A stretch of DNA of 64,000 nt, taken from NCBI GenBank assembly GCA_001179505.1, contig CDMY01000225.1, positions 62,001 through 126,000 of the forward strand, written 5' to 3'. This stretch comes from Vitrella brassicaformis CCMP3155 (lineage: Eukaryota > Protista > Chromerida). Below, one piece after another: positions 24,486 through 36,324 of the stretch; the first letter of the stretch is position 1; the number at the start of each line of letters is the position of its first letter. Under the pieces are notes generated by a model. It ran no database searches and was not told where the DNA came from. It saw nothing but the letters and a program-made list of their open reading frames with translations. Position numbers and translations under genes: made by a program.

Positions 24486-27400
24486 TAGGTGAGTGTGCAC
24501 AATCTGGAGCCGGCGACAGAGTACCTCCTGCGGTGCTTCGCCGTCAACCTCGACAACTCCACCCAGCGAGGCTCCATCCTCAACGAGACCTTCACCACAT
24601 AGCCCAGCCACATGACTCCATCCACGCCACCACCAGTACCCACAGCAGCTCCCGGCACCTCGTTCGCAGCCGGTCTGGCTGGGCCGGTCATCCCTGGGTT
24701 GAGGAAGGTAGAGGTGCCTTTGCAGTCCAGCGATGACGTGCAGCTGTGGTGCTATGCGATGAACGCGTCTCTTGAGGCGCCCCCTGAGCAGTATTTGATG
24801 TCGGATACCTTCAAGAGGGAGTTTGCCGTGGGGATCCGGCTGCTGGGGAAGAACCAACAGCCGCCGAACAACACTGGCACAGTAAGCGATACAAGACACG
24901 TCTCTGTAAGCTGCAGGTGTGAATGTGCCTGTCTGTCTGTCTGCCTGTCTGTCGTCAGATCACGTTGCTGAACCTGCAGCCCGCCAGCCGATATCGGTTA
25001 GAGTGCCTGGGCTCCCCCCTGGCCAACCCGAATGAATCGGCCGTCATCGTACGAGAGGAGTTCACCACCAAGGGCACACTCAACACTACCGACGCATCCA
25101 CCACCAGCAGCAGCAGCATCGTGCAGAAAGCAGCGGACGCCAGCAATGCCAGGGCGACAGGAACGGGGATCTTTACCAGCGACCCGACGCCCTCCCCATA
25201 TGACCTTTCGGGGCTGGTGCTGCAGAACACTGCAGACGTCGAGGCAGCACCCAACGAGATCACACTTATCAGTGTACGTGCCTTGGCACATTGACGGAGG
25301 AGACGATTGTCTCTTTTTTTCTTTCTCTGTGGTGCGCGTAAGACGGAGGAGCCGATAGTGGACGATGAGGGTCTGAAGAAGATAGTGACGGTCAAGGTCA
25401 AAGTCAATCGTCCCGCAAGGGTCAATGAGAACACACACAAATAAAGCAAGTATACAGGCACCGTCACGTCTTCGGTGTCGTGTCTCAGGTGCAATGTCTC
25501 GCAACGACCAAGGACGACGCCGTCCCATCAACAGCTGATATTGACGTGACAATGCAGATGACACCAACAGAGCCGTCAGCCTTGTGTGTGCTGCCTTCCT
25601 GCCTACAGGTTGACCCCAACACGGTGGCTGTGATGGCCCTGCCAGGGGAGACAAAAGCCGTAAGCCTCATCCGTCCCATCCCCAGCAGACAACTTGTGTG
25701 GTTACGCTGTGCTGTGTTACGCAGATCACTTTGCGGAAGCCTCGTGGTGGTGAGGGCCTGCTGGTGGGTGCCAAGTACCGCATCACGTGCTACGCCAGGG
25801 GCAACGAGGGAGCCACCTCCGATACACTCAGCTTCCCCATACAGGTAGCAGAGACACCACACACACACACAGGCGGGCAATGTGGGTTCTGTCAGTTTCT
25901 TGTGTGCAGATGCCCGTTGCTGGAGAAGGTAGACGTGGCATCCACGACCTCTTATCGGATCAATGGTCTGCGTGCGCTGTTGTTGTTTGTATGTTTACTT
26001 CAGTTGCGGGTGAGGTTGACATCAGTTTCAGCGTCATGATGGTGGGGTCCATCAAGATCGGCATGTTCGCGTCATCCAACTGCGTAACACAGACACTCAC
26101 ACAGACACACACGCAGAAGAAGCAAATGGACTTGCTTGTTGCACTTGTGTGTCCGCAGGAAGAGGCGCTGCGTTTTGCGGTGGCCAACCACTTGGCGGTG
26201 CCGATGGATGCCGTCAAGCTGACAGGAGTGAAAGACGAAGCTCTCGCTGACAGTCAGAAACCATCACCACAGACACACACACATACACCTATGCGCACAG
26301 ACAAGCAGAGGTGTTTTCCCCCTCTCTGTGTCTGATTCATTCAGACTACACACAGCTGGCAACGGGCAGGAAGATCGTCATGGGTGCAGGGGGTGAGTGC
26401 GACCACTTGGGACAGAGGGCGCGAGCCTGTCGACAACATACGGGTCAGATCGATTCATCAATTGTGAGACCAGCCAGCCACTCGTCTATCTCTACTTATT
26501 GGCGACAGGAGTGTGGCGAGCTGTGTGCTGCTGTGGGCTGCAACGCCTTCAGCTACAACAACCAACCTGGGGCACGGTACACAACCTCACACGCACATGC
26601 ACTCCTCTCTCTCTCTCTCTCTCTGCTGCTTGGCTGTCCAGGGTGTGTGAGCTATGGCGGTGCTCAGCTGACACCGTGCAGAACGCCACAGCGCTCCTGC
26701 GGGCAGCGGAGCCCTCCTGGCAGGTCTACGCCAAGGCCGAGTCTCAGGAGATGGTGATGCTCGACTACACCGTGCGCGTGGCCAAGAAGCAGCAGCGGGA
26801 GGTGCAGAACGGCCTGCTGGGACTCAAGAAGAAGAACGTCACCACACAGATATACAAGAATGCAACCGCGTGCAACCCAGACATTGCACAGCAGGACGTC
26901 AAAAAGGTGGAGTCCAACCCTCACACACACCCACGACCCCGCTTTTGTCGTGTGCACAACGCTTCGCATTTCCTCTCTCTGTGTCCGTCTGTGTGTCAGG
27001 CTCGGATGGTGTCTCAAGTGACTGTCAATGACAATGAAGGGGTGAGTCAAGAGAAAGGAGATGGCAAAGCCGACACGAGGCATTGACACGTGTATGCATG
27101 TGTAGGGATGTCCGGACGCCGCTGGCCCCAACTTCGACCCTTCTGCGACTGACGGGGAGGAGGGCAATGAGAGATGCATCCCCAGAGGTAGGACTCTTCT
27201 CCCGTCTCATCTCGTCTCTGGCGTCGTGTGGTGTGCGTCTCTCCCCTTCGCAGATGAGCGGAATGTGAATGGGTCTTTGACGTTCCGCTTCGCGATGCAG
27301 AGCTCTGAGAAGGACATGTGCAGCAATCACCGACTTGTACACGGGCTCATCTTCAACTGGACCGTCCAGTACACACACACACATGAAAAGGAAGGCGGAG

Positions 27401-29632
27401 GGTGGGATGTCCTGTGTGTTTGTTCGTGCTTCTTGCGTTCAGGGAGGCGTTTGCCAAGGCGCTGGGTATTCCCAACTACAGCTCTCTGTGGCGGCCCGGC
27501 GACTACGTGAGACATGCGATGGACATGTTGGAAGACGAAGACCTCATCGAGTACACACACACAACAGGACAGCCAATAACAAGGCATCAAGCGAGAAGCA
27601 TCCTTTGTGTGTGACTTTGTCTTTCGCTGCAGCTGCCAGGAGAGCCCTGAGGGCGCCAGGCTTCAGGTGAGACGGTCATAGGATGGAAGGATGGCTGGCA
27701 CGCACCCATTTCCTGTCGCCCTCTTTAATCGATTAACCAGCTGTACATCACGTTCACATTCGAGCCCGACATCGACAAGGTGAGAGAGACACAGAAAGAT
27801 ACCCTCCCACCACATACGCACACTGAGTGGTGTGTCGTGCTGACGTGTTAGATGGAGGATTTGAAGGTCAAGGCCCTCGAGCTGGCCGAGTCGCCCGACA
27901 GGGTCACACAGCTCGTCAAGACCGACGGCCACGTCAACCTCCCCGACCTCACAGCAGAACTCATGAACGAACCTAAAATCAAAACCAGAAGTGCGTGCGA
28001 AAGCACCACACGGCCTCCCATCGCGCATTCTTTGGTGTTTCTCTGTGTGTATGCGCAGTATTGGTTGTTGGCTGCATGGACAGCAGCGATCCCGAGTACA
28101 ACCCCTCCCACCCCGCCGACATCGAGCTGCTGTCCTGCAACGGGCCGCTGGCCGCCAACGAGGCACACATGGAGGTCTACCCCTGCACCTGCAGAAAGGG
28201 CATCACCGAGCACCACAAGGCAGCGGGTGCACCACACGCATACGCAGCCGCCTTCATCCAGAGGGAGGCCGCACAGTCCTACTCACACATGGTACACAGA
28301 AAGAAAGAGGGAGTGGACAAGGAACCGGCAAAACGATGCATGCCTATCGACTCAGGCCGCCGTGACGCGGAGGAAAGGCGCCAGGAGGCGGGGTGCTGAT
28401 GTGTCTGAAGTGGAGTTGTCTGCGTATGGGTATGCGTCTGCACCGACGATCGACTCTCTGGGCATCAACTGCAACGACGACCAGGAGGTGTCGAGCTGCT
28501 TTGGGGAGGAGGTGTGTGCACTGGAGGTGCAGTGGTTCATCGGAGGCAACTATGACACCTGCTTCGTCGTGTCCAGAAGAGTAGGCATGACGCCCATGTT
28601 CACAGACAAGTGGATCTGACACCCATTTTGTGTGTTTGTTGTGTGTGAATGTAGCTTCTGCGGTTAGAGAAGTCCCTCAAGGCCGAGATAATGAAGATGC
28701 TGCCGGGAAGAAGAGTCGAAAATGTGGTGCTCGAAGGTACATACACTCATGCATCCGTACTCACCAAACGCTACGTACCATTTCTGCGTTTGTCGTGCCA
28801 CACAGCTGGCGAGTGCCGCAAGGTGCCGCCGCCAGCAGCTAGGGCGTCGTTTATTGAGGAGAGGGCCGACGACCGCCAGGACCCAGGAGCATCAGCAGCA
28901 TCACCAGAGGAAGTCATCGAACTCACAGTAAGACACGCAAATCCACACACAGTAAGACAATTAGGGTTTAGCATGTTTCTCCCTCTTTCTCCCTGTGTGT
29001 GTCGATTCTCAGGTGGTGCAGAGGTGTATTCCCTCGCAGTCCGCCCCCCCACCGCCAGGCGGCGCTGCTATGTATGAGAGGGGCCTGAGCCTCGGTGGTG
29101 ATGGTGTCATGATGCGTTGCGACGAGCTGACGGCGCTATATAGGGAGAGGTTAAGGGAGGGACCGGCACTGCAGGCCGCCGTCGACAGTGCACTCACACA
29201 TAAGACCAACCTCGCACAGCAGTGGGCCATACAGGTGGGTGCGTGTCTGCCGAACATACGGAGAGACACAGCACTAGAGAGAGAGAGAGAGAGACATGTG
29301 TGTGTGTGTGTGTCGACAGAGTATATGTATGAAGGACCGTAAGCTGAGGAGTCGTGTGGGCTGCATGGACCAGCAGGCCGAAAACTACGACCGAACCGCT
29401 ACGCTGCAAAACGACGACTACTGTGTTTTTCGAATAGGTGATGAACACCCACACTCGCTCTGTCTCTCTCCCTCACCTCCGGCTGCCTGCCTGCCTGCCT
29501 GTATGTATCGTCCGATCAGGTTGTATGGATGTTAATGCGGTGAATTATGACGAGTTCGCCACTAAGTCTGATAGCTCCATGTGCATCAGGCCACAGGAGT
29601 GCGCGTGCGAATGCCCAACCACCATAAGATGA
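21227..29632 (+). CDS. Very large secreted/surface protein: signal peptide, Thr/Pro/Ser mucin-like tract, Cys-rich region, FN3-like repeats, PAN/apple-like motif and GCMD..A.NY repeats (spans a gap; in-frame TAG at 24600)
   Basis: Signal peptide MLFLDLRLALLGVLCLVCPLTRA. Mucin ORF 21904-22700. Repeats of V.V..L.PA..Y.L.C..F.T type at ~24490, ~24960 and ~25730. ECGELCAAVGCNAFSYN at ~26510. GCMD repeats at ~28070, ~29360 and ~29520. Exon joins are partly uncertain. Confidence 0.6.
24155..24454. other. Assembly gap (300 N) next to a poly-C tract
   Basis: Run of N in the sequence. Confidence 1.
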
Positions 29633-30050
29633 CGCCCGCAGGCGCTTGTTGTGTCTATGTGTTTATGGCTTGATGCTTGGTGTGTCTTTTCGGGGCCCTT
29701 GTTGTCTTGCTGCTCTTCTGTTGCCGTCATTTCCCAACTGCCCTCTTCCTGCCTCCCTCCCCTCCTTTCCTCGCTTGGTGGGGCATTTGTAGATGTGTGT
29801 GTGTTTTGTGTATAATGTGTATCGCAGCACATGCAGTGTGGAAATTGGCCGTTGCGCGTGAATGTTTCGGATTTCACTCTCACACCGATGAATTGCACTG
29901 AGAGTCAGTAGTCAGCTGTACACAATTAAACGGGAAAAAAGCATCACACTGTCGAGCATAGACACAGACACACACACACAACACCTTATCAACGACACAA
30001 CACACTGAGACTGAGTTTGAGACAGAAAGCCTCAGCCACCCATCTGCTGT

Positions 30051-31136
30051 CTACGTCCGCCTTCCTCTCCTCCGTCTTGCCGTCTCCCTACTGGGAGGCC
30101 GCGCCCCAACAGCCGACAAGATATCGCTCGTCCGGAAGTAGTAGATCTCCTTGTCACTCTCATACTCGGGCGTATTCCCCGTGGTCAGCACCTCCTGCAC
30201 AGGAAACACGCCTGCCGGCTCCACGCCCATCGCACGCAGCTCATCCAGGCCTGAGGGGCCGATATAGAGTACACCCCCCTCACCCAACACATGGCTGATG
30301 TCGCTGTCGGCGGCCGATAGCGGTCCTGCGCGGAGGTTCTTGGCGACCCACTGGATGAATTGGGGCATGTTGGTGACGGACCTGGCCACGACGAAGTCAC
30401 ATAGGCCCCGCAGCTCCTCGACGCGCATGCACACGGGCTGCAGCATGCAATGTTGCAATCAAGGACACACAGTGGTCGCCTCTTGGCGTATTTGTTACCT
30501 CGACGTTTCTGAGGTTCAGTCGCTTGACTGCATCGTCGACCACCATCACCTGCATGGCCATGACACAGCCAAAGAACACAGAAATGCTCCATTGCGGTGC
30601 CCCCTTTCCTCTGTGATCGATCATCTCACCTTCTTCCGAATGCTATCCACGAGGGTGAAGTCCACATCAGGGTTGCATATAGCGAGCGGCATGCCGGGGA
30701 ACCCCCCGCCAGTGCCCACATCCATCACACGCAGCCCCTGCCCATCTCCCCCTCCCTCTCCACCTCTCCTCTTCTGTGCCGCCTTGAGCAGTGGGTGCAG
30801 CGCGAGTGAGGGCAGCATGTGGTTGCCCCACACATTCTGCACGTCCTTGCGGCTGATGAGGTTGATCTTGTCGTTCCACCCACACACGATGTCGACGAAG
30901 TGCTGCAGCCGCAACACCTTCTCCCTCGACAGGCCGAGGCACTGCTCGAGGATCTGCCGCTCAGAATCGGTGGGCGATGGGTATGCGACGACGCTCTCAG
31001 GCTCGTCCCTTCGGACCGCTCTGGCTGCAGCAAGTGTTGCAAAGCCACTACTACTCGACGGAAGGACAGCTCGCTGCGATGGGATGTGATGAAGTAACAA
31101 AGGCCGGAGGGCAAAGAACAGGATGGGATGAATCAT
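30051..31136 (-). CDS. rsmG: 16S rRNA (guanine(527)-N7)-methyltransferase RsmG/GidB with an N-terminal organelle-targeting extension
   Basis: WNDKINLISRKD..NHMLPSL, VMDVGTGGGFPGMPLAI, FTLVDSIRKK, ARVEEL..DFVVARSV. Confidence 0.92.
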
Positions 31137-31156
31137 GATGAGTCAGGTGGAGGCCG

Positions 31157-31420
31157 CTAGTTGCGCTGCTGTGTGTCAGAAGAGCCTGCCTCGGCCTCCT
31201 TCTTCGCCTGCTCTTGCATCATGTCGAGGATTCGTCGGGGGATGACGATGCGGTCGTTGCAGCCCTTGCAGCACCGTCCGTTGTTGACGGGATCTGCGCT
31301 GTTGCCGAACGCCCATCCACTCGCTTCCGGTTTGATAAAGATTCCACAGATGGAGCACTTGAGCTCCCCTTTCTCGGCGTCTTTCTTCCACTGCTCCCAC
31401 TGACTGTCCTCCTGCCTCAT
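31157..31420 (-). CDS. Small intronless Cys4 zinc-binding protein (87 aa) with a phage-like CxxCG...GN.A.PV..GRCC.xCN..VIP motif
   Basis: MRQEDSQWEQWKKDAEKGELKCSICGIFIKPEASGWAFGNSADPVNNGRCCKGCNDRIVIPRRILDMM. Confidence 0.65.
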   Translation of the reverse strand: MRQEDSQWEQWKKDAEKGELKCSICGIFIKPEASGWAFGNSADPVNNGRCCKGCNDRIVIPRRILDMMQEQAKKEAEAGSSDTQQRN

Positions 31421-31449
31421 TTCGCTCGGCGCGGGGGATCGGCGCGGGA

Positions 31450-31495
31450 GGGTTGCAGGGTACGAAACCCTGAGGAATTTCTGACAAGCTCGCAC
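31450..31495 (+). promoter_or_regulatory. 46-bp element, copy 1 (CAGGGT-loop-ACCCTG hairpin plus AGCTCGCA), upstream of ankyrin-TRP copy 1
   Basis: gggttgcagggtacgaaaccctgaggaatttctgacaagctcgcac differs from 36252-36297 at 2 positions. Confidence 0.6.
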
Positions 31496-31563
31496 ATGCA
31501 GCTGGGGGCGCCAATTGGGCCGGGGGCTGGGCGTCTCGCGCCAGGACAGCCCATGTAGGAGAG

Positions 31564-34500
31564 ATGTGGGGTTTGTTGCGCACGCAGCGCAGCCCCCGTG
31601 TGCAGGGCCAGGAGGGCAACAGTGTGAGAGACGGCCACAGCCGCCCCAGTGGTGTTGACGAGGCGTGCTACATCCAGCTGCCGAGAGTCGACGAGGGCGA
31701 CGCTGCCGAACAGCAGGCCATCCACCACACCCAGACAGACCATCCCAAGGTCACCCTGCAATGCCCTTGTGGCACAGTGACCATCGGCTGCCTCTGACGA
31801 GTGGTGTCTGTGTGCGTCTGTCCACTGCAGATGGCGTCGGCCTCGAGTGAGCACATTCCTCTGCTGCTGGACGATGGCCAAGGGCTGATGGAGCCCCAGC
31901 TGCCCGACGTCACCGATGACATCACCAAGGCACCGAGACGCTTCGAGCAGGTGTGTTGGTGTCACTCGACTCTGAGGCCTCTCGGACGTCTGTGTGTCGT
32001 CTGCAGGTCCCCGTGGTGGGTGCCCCGGCCGCCGACGATTGGGAACCGACAGACGCACTGAGAGGCAGCATCAAAGAGTCCATCGATGACTCAGATGTGG
32101 AGGGCCTGCGGAAAGTCCTCGGCGGTCTGTCGCCTGAGCAAACCGAGAAAGCGCTGACGACTGGATGGGATCTGGGTTTGCAGACAACTGATCAACAGGC
32201 CTGGCCATTACCATTCATCAATTACGCCGTATGTACGCCTCTTCGCACACACACGGTGATGCACCTACGCGGCCCCTGTGTGTGCTTCTCAGAGGAGTGT
32301 AAGGATGTGGCGGTGTTTGAGGTGCTGCTGGACAACCGACGCCACCTGCTCAACCTGAAAGATGAGGTATCGTGCTCGACAGCTACACTCATTCTGCCCA
32401 CCAGCTGACCGGTGTCTTCACTGCAATCTTCATGCTGTGTCTGTAGGGTGGCGGGACGCCTCTTCATTGGGCAGCAGGAGAAGGGTCAGTTGGTGTTGTG
32501 GAGAAGTTTGTCGAGTGGGGCGGAAAGGAACTGCTGGAAACAACGGACGACGTAAGGACGAGGGAATCTCGACTGGTGGGGGGGGGAAACTGTCATTAAC
32601 CGTAACACTCGTCTGTGTGTCCGTGATACTCATACAAATACAGTCCCATCAGCACGCAGACTCAAACAGGCTCAAGGGGAGGAGGGATCAATCCCCGCTC
32701 CATCAAGACACCCCAGTCCCGCAAACCCTCCCCTCCCTCCCCCACGCAGACAGAAGCTAGTCGCACGCGCGAGGGCGAGACACAGTTAGTGCAGAGGCGC
32801 TTGTAATTCCGGCAGTCACATCGTCGGCTGCATGTGGACAGCGCAGACGTCCCTTTCTCGTTGCATGCGCAACAGGGGGGCCCGCCGCCGACTGGCGGCG
32901 GAATAAATCTCGACTGGTACATTGAACAATGTCTCTTCTTTATGCTGTGGATGTAGAAGGATGGCGAGACGCCTCTTCATTTTGCAGCAAGTCAGTCCCT
33001 CCTGTAAATGGCAACCACAAGTACATAAGTCTTCAACATGTCTCTTGGCGCTCTCCTGCAGCAAAGGGCCGTGTCGATGTGGTGGAGTGGATGTTGAGGG
33101 TGGACCCACAGCTCCTGAAGATCAAAGAAAATGTAGGCTGCACTGCATTCATCGACCTGCGTGTCGATATTGTCCCTGCTCATGATTCTGACAGAATGGA
33201 TTTGCGCCTCTGGATTTTGCCCTTGGCATGAAACCGTCAGTCGTCGTAGCGATGGTTGTCATGGCTGACGACGTGGCCATGATGCTGCTCGAGCGAGGCG
33301 CGATAATGGAAGGTGTTGATGCTCAGGGCTTTAAGGACGTGGTGCCCTTCACGAAGGGGTTCCTGAAGGACCGCTCTGAGTCGGTTGGCCTCGATAGCCT
33401 TCGCTGCTGTGCCTTCTTCCGCAAACTGATGCAGAGACGACAGCGGGACTCCCTCACAGAGTATGACTGAAGAGAACGAGAGCAACACAATGCGAACGTC
33501 TGCATGTCTGTGTGAGTACCTGCAGTGACCTCGGGACCATTGCGGACTGGCAGGAAGTAATCAGGAAGGAACACACGCAGCGTCTTTACGTCCTGCAATG
33601 ACGGATTGGTTTAGGCTCTCACAGCCAACTTCTGCAGCGATACCAGCGAAGATGAGTTGTGATTGTCACTCGCAGGCAAGGAAAGACAATGGTTTGCGCT
33701 ACTGGAATCGGCGGAGCCCCTGACAGTCGTCACTCAAGGTAACCCACAGGAGAGTCCCCTGCCTGTCGGTCTGTCCCCTCGTTTCTCCTTATTCGTCTGC
33801 TGCCCATCTTGCGACAGCCAACTGCATCTCTTTCGTCACAGAGCATTGGAAACCACCAATAAAGGCCTCCCTGCAGCTGTCGTCCCGTGAAGTCTTCATC
33901 AGCCGCGTGCTGTCGATGCTCCTAATGTAAGAGGTGGCCTTGCACCACGATGGAAACAGAGACACACATGGCACCTGTTGTGTATGTGTTGCAGGGTGGC
34001 CCTTGTGCTGCTGCACATCGAGTCTATCAAGGGAGACAGCGGCATGATGATGGCGGGGGTGTGGCCGTCAGTGTGGCTGTGGGGGGCACTGCTGACGGGC
34101 ACCGGATTCATCGTTCAAGAGATCTTCCAAGTAAGCCAGACGATGAGACATGACTCGTCAAGGCTAACACTCATCACGCATCGTCCTCTGCGTGTCCGTA
34201 GGGCGTACGACTGAAGGCAGCATACTGGGCCGACTCATGGTGGGCGTCAGAAGCGTACAGCCAACCGATGGCTTGGTTTCATCTCTATGCTATCGGTGTG
34301 TCTGGGCTCACCATTAAGGAATTACGTCGACTTCGCAAGCGGCGTCTCCATCGCTGCCTTCATTGCCATCCACTTCATGCGCTACTCTGCCGAGGCGGAA
34401 GTGAGCTCAGGGATCGTCATAGCGCTGCTCTTTGCCCTGCGTCTCGTCCAAACTGCCAGCCTGCAGCCAGCCGTGGGACCACTCATACTGTCAGTGAGAG

Positions 34501-36004
34501 GGAGAACCACACAGAGAGAGATGTCTGATGCCGTGTCTCATGTCTCCATCTGTCAGTGCCATTGTGAGGATGTTATCGGACATCAGCATGTTTCTGTGTC
34601 TGTACGTCTACATCTTGCTGGTCTTCGCGGTCGTCTTCACCCTCCTCTCGTCCGACGAAGACCACCAGTACTTCGGCTCCTTAGCCAAAGCCACACTCAC
34701 ACTGTACTCGATGACACCAACACAGAGAGAGCCGCCAGCCGTGATATATTAGAAGGTGCGGTAACGTTCTGATATGATTCTTTGTCCATTAGTTTCTACG
34801 CGGGTCTTGGCGACTTCAGCGACCCATTGAACAACGCCATAGAGAGCCACGACACACTGGGGGCCGTCCTGCTGTTCACATACGTCATCCTCTCGTCCAT
34901 CATACTCGTAAGTCGGCAGCACTCAGGCACTCAGCAACACACGATGTACCATGATTGACTCCCCTTGTTGTCCTTGTCTCTCTCTGTCATCATAAAGAGC
35001 TCAACCTCCTCATCGCCATCATGGTGAGATACACCTGAGAGTGTATAATGCAGGGCCCAATGATGTGTACGTCAGGCGTCGACGTTTGCGGCCATCGAGG
35101 AAAAGCAAACCGCACAATACCAGTCAGTAGACAGCAAGGGAGACAGACAGACAGACAGACAGACAGACAGCGGCACATAAGGGCCCTCTCTCCCCTTTCT
35201 CTGCAGGCTGCTGCGCGTCCCCGTGTTGAATGAGTACCTGACAATGCCACACCATGAGCGCCTCCCGCCACCCTTCAACCTCATCGGTCAGGCACGAGAC
35301 ATGAGACTTAAAGTGCATCCATCACATGTGACCATGATCTGTGTGTGTGCAGCTGTGGTCGTGTCGGAGCCCCTGCGATACCTCGCCTCCCTCATAAGCG
35401 GACAGCAGTCGGCACTCTGCCGCATTGCCTTCTGTTTGATGAAGGTCCTCTACTTTACCATCGATGCGCTCCTGTGCGCCGTCGCCTTCACACCCGCATT
35501 CATCTACAAAGCACTGGAGGCGTTCCCACGAGCCATACGGCAGGGCTACTTGGCGGCACTTTCTGTTGCACTTGTCATTCTCCTAATGCCCGTTCTTCTT
35601 CTGTACCAATACGCCCGGAGAGTAAGGCTACAAGTCACATGATATGAGACAAACAGTGGCCTTGTCTCATCTCTCCGGAATGGTCGGGTAGGGGTTGTCG
35701 TTCTTTTCTTTTGAGGCCACTGAAAGTGACAATTCGGAGATGGCTGATAAGAGGCGTAAAGCGCGGATATTCCTCAGAGACAGCATCGACAAGTGGATCG
35801 AGGCGGCGGATCAACACGACTCGAGCGTGCCGGACGTCATGGCAGGTCAGACACGCAGGCAGGCACTCACAGAAAGACTGAGCAATCTTGAATGTAATTC
35901 ATGCAGCATTGGAATCCATGGACAGACGACACGCCGCCCGGCATTCACAGATCGAGAAGCGGCTGACGGAACTGGAGGCATACATCAAGGCGAAGCTCAA
36001 ATAG
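31564..36004 (+). pseudogene. Ankyrin-repeat TRP-like cation channel, copy 1, with a nonsense codon at 33660
   Basis: Ankyrin exons (GGTPLHWAA, GETPLHFAA), YWADSWNYVDF, 6-TM region, ILLNLLIAIM and TRP-box-like LPPPFNLI. In-frame TGA at 33660-33662 where copies 2 and 3 have CGA (Arg). Confidence 0.8.
32565..32918. mobile_element. 328-bp insertion in an intron, flanked by a 13-bp target-site duplication, with a G9/C9 tract at one end and a GC hairpin at the other
   Basis: AATCTCGACTGGT at 32565-32577 and 32906-32918. The insert is absent from the homologous introns of copies 2 and 3. Confidence 0.8.
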
Positions 36005-36251
36005 GCGGCGTGGCGCAGCGACCGATTGCACGGCCTTTGAATGACAAACATACAATTGCCGACGTGCCTCAATAATCTGTGTGACGCCCATGCTTCGGAA
36101 TGATGAAACGACACTGTGACACTGCATGACGTGTGCACAAGTGTCGAAGAATTGATCAATCGTTCTGTAGTTGGCGCCGTCGTACGCGTGTGCGGGTCGT
36201 GCAGCACCAGGAGGCAATTTTTGCCAGCAGCGTGAGGGCCGTCTCCATCTG

Positions 36252-36297
36252 GGGTTGCAGGGTATGAAACCCTGTGGAATTTCTGACAAGCTCGCAC
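36252..36297 (+). promoter_or_regulatory. 46-bp element, copy 2, 28 bp upstream of the TOM1-like ATG
   Basis: gggttgcagggtatgaaaccctgtggaatttctgacaagctcgcac. Confidence 0.6.
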
Positions 36298-36324
36298 GGC
36301 AAAGCCTTTTTTCCCCGGATCACG

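Noticed and set aside
32578-32905. HDV-like or hammerhead ribozyme in the insertion
   Set aside because: Hairpins and a ...GAGAAAGGGAC segment are suggestive, but I could not build the nested P1/P2/P3 pairing or find a CUGANGA core by eye.
33660-33662. TGA as selenocysteine
   Set aside because: It aligns to Arg (CGA) in both paralogues rather than Cys, and no SECIS was recognised.
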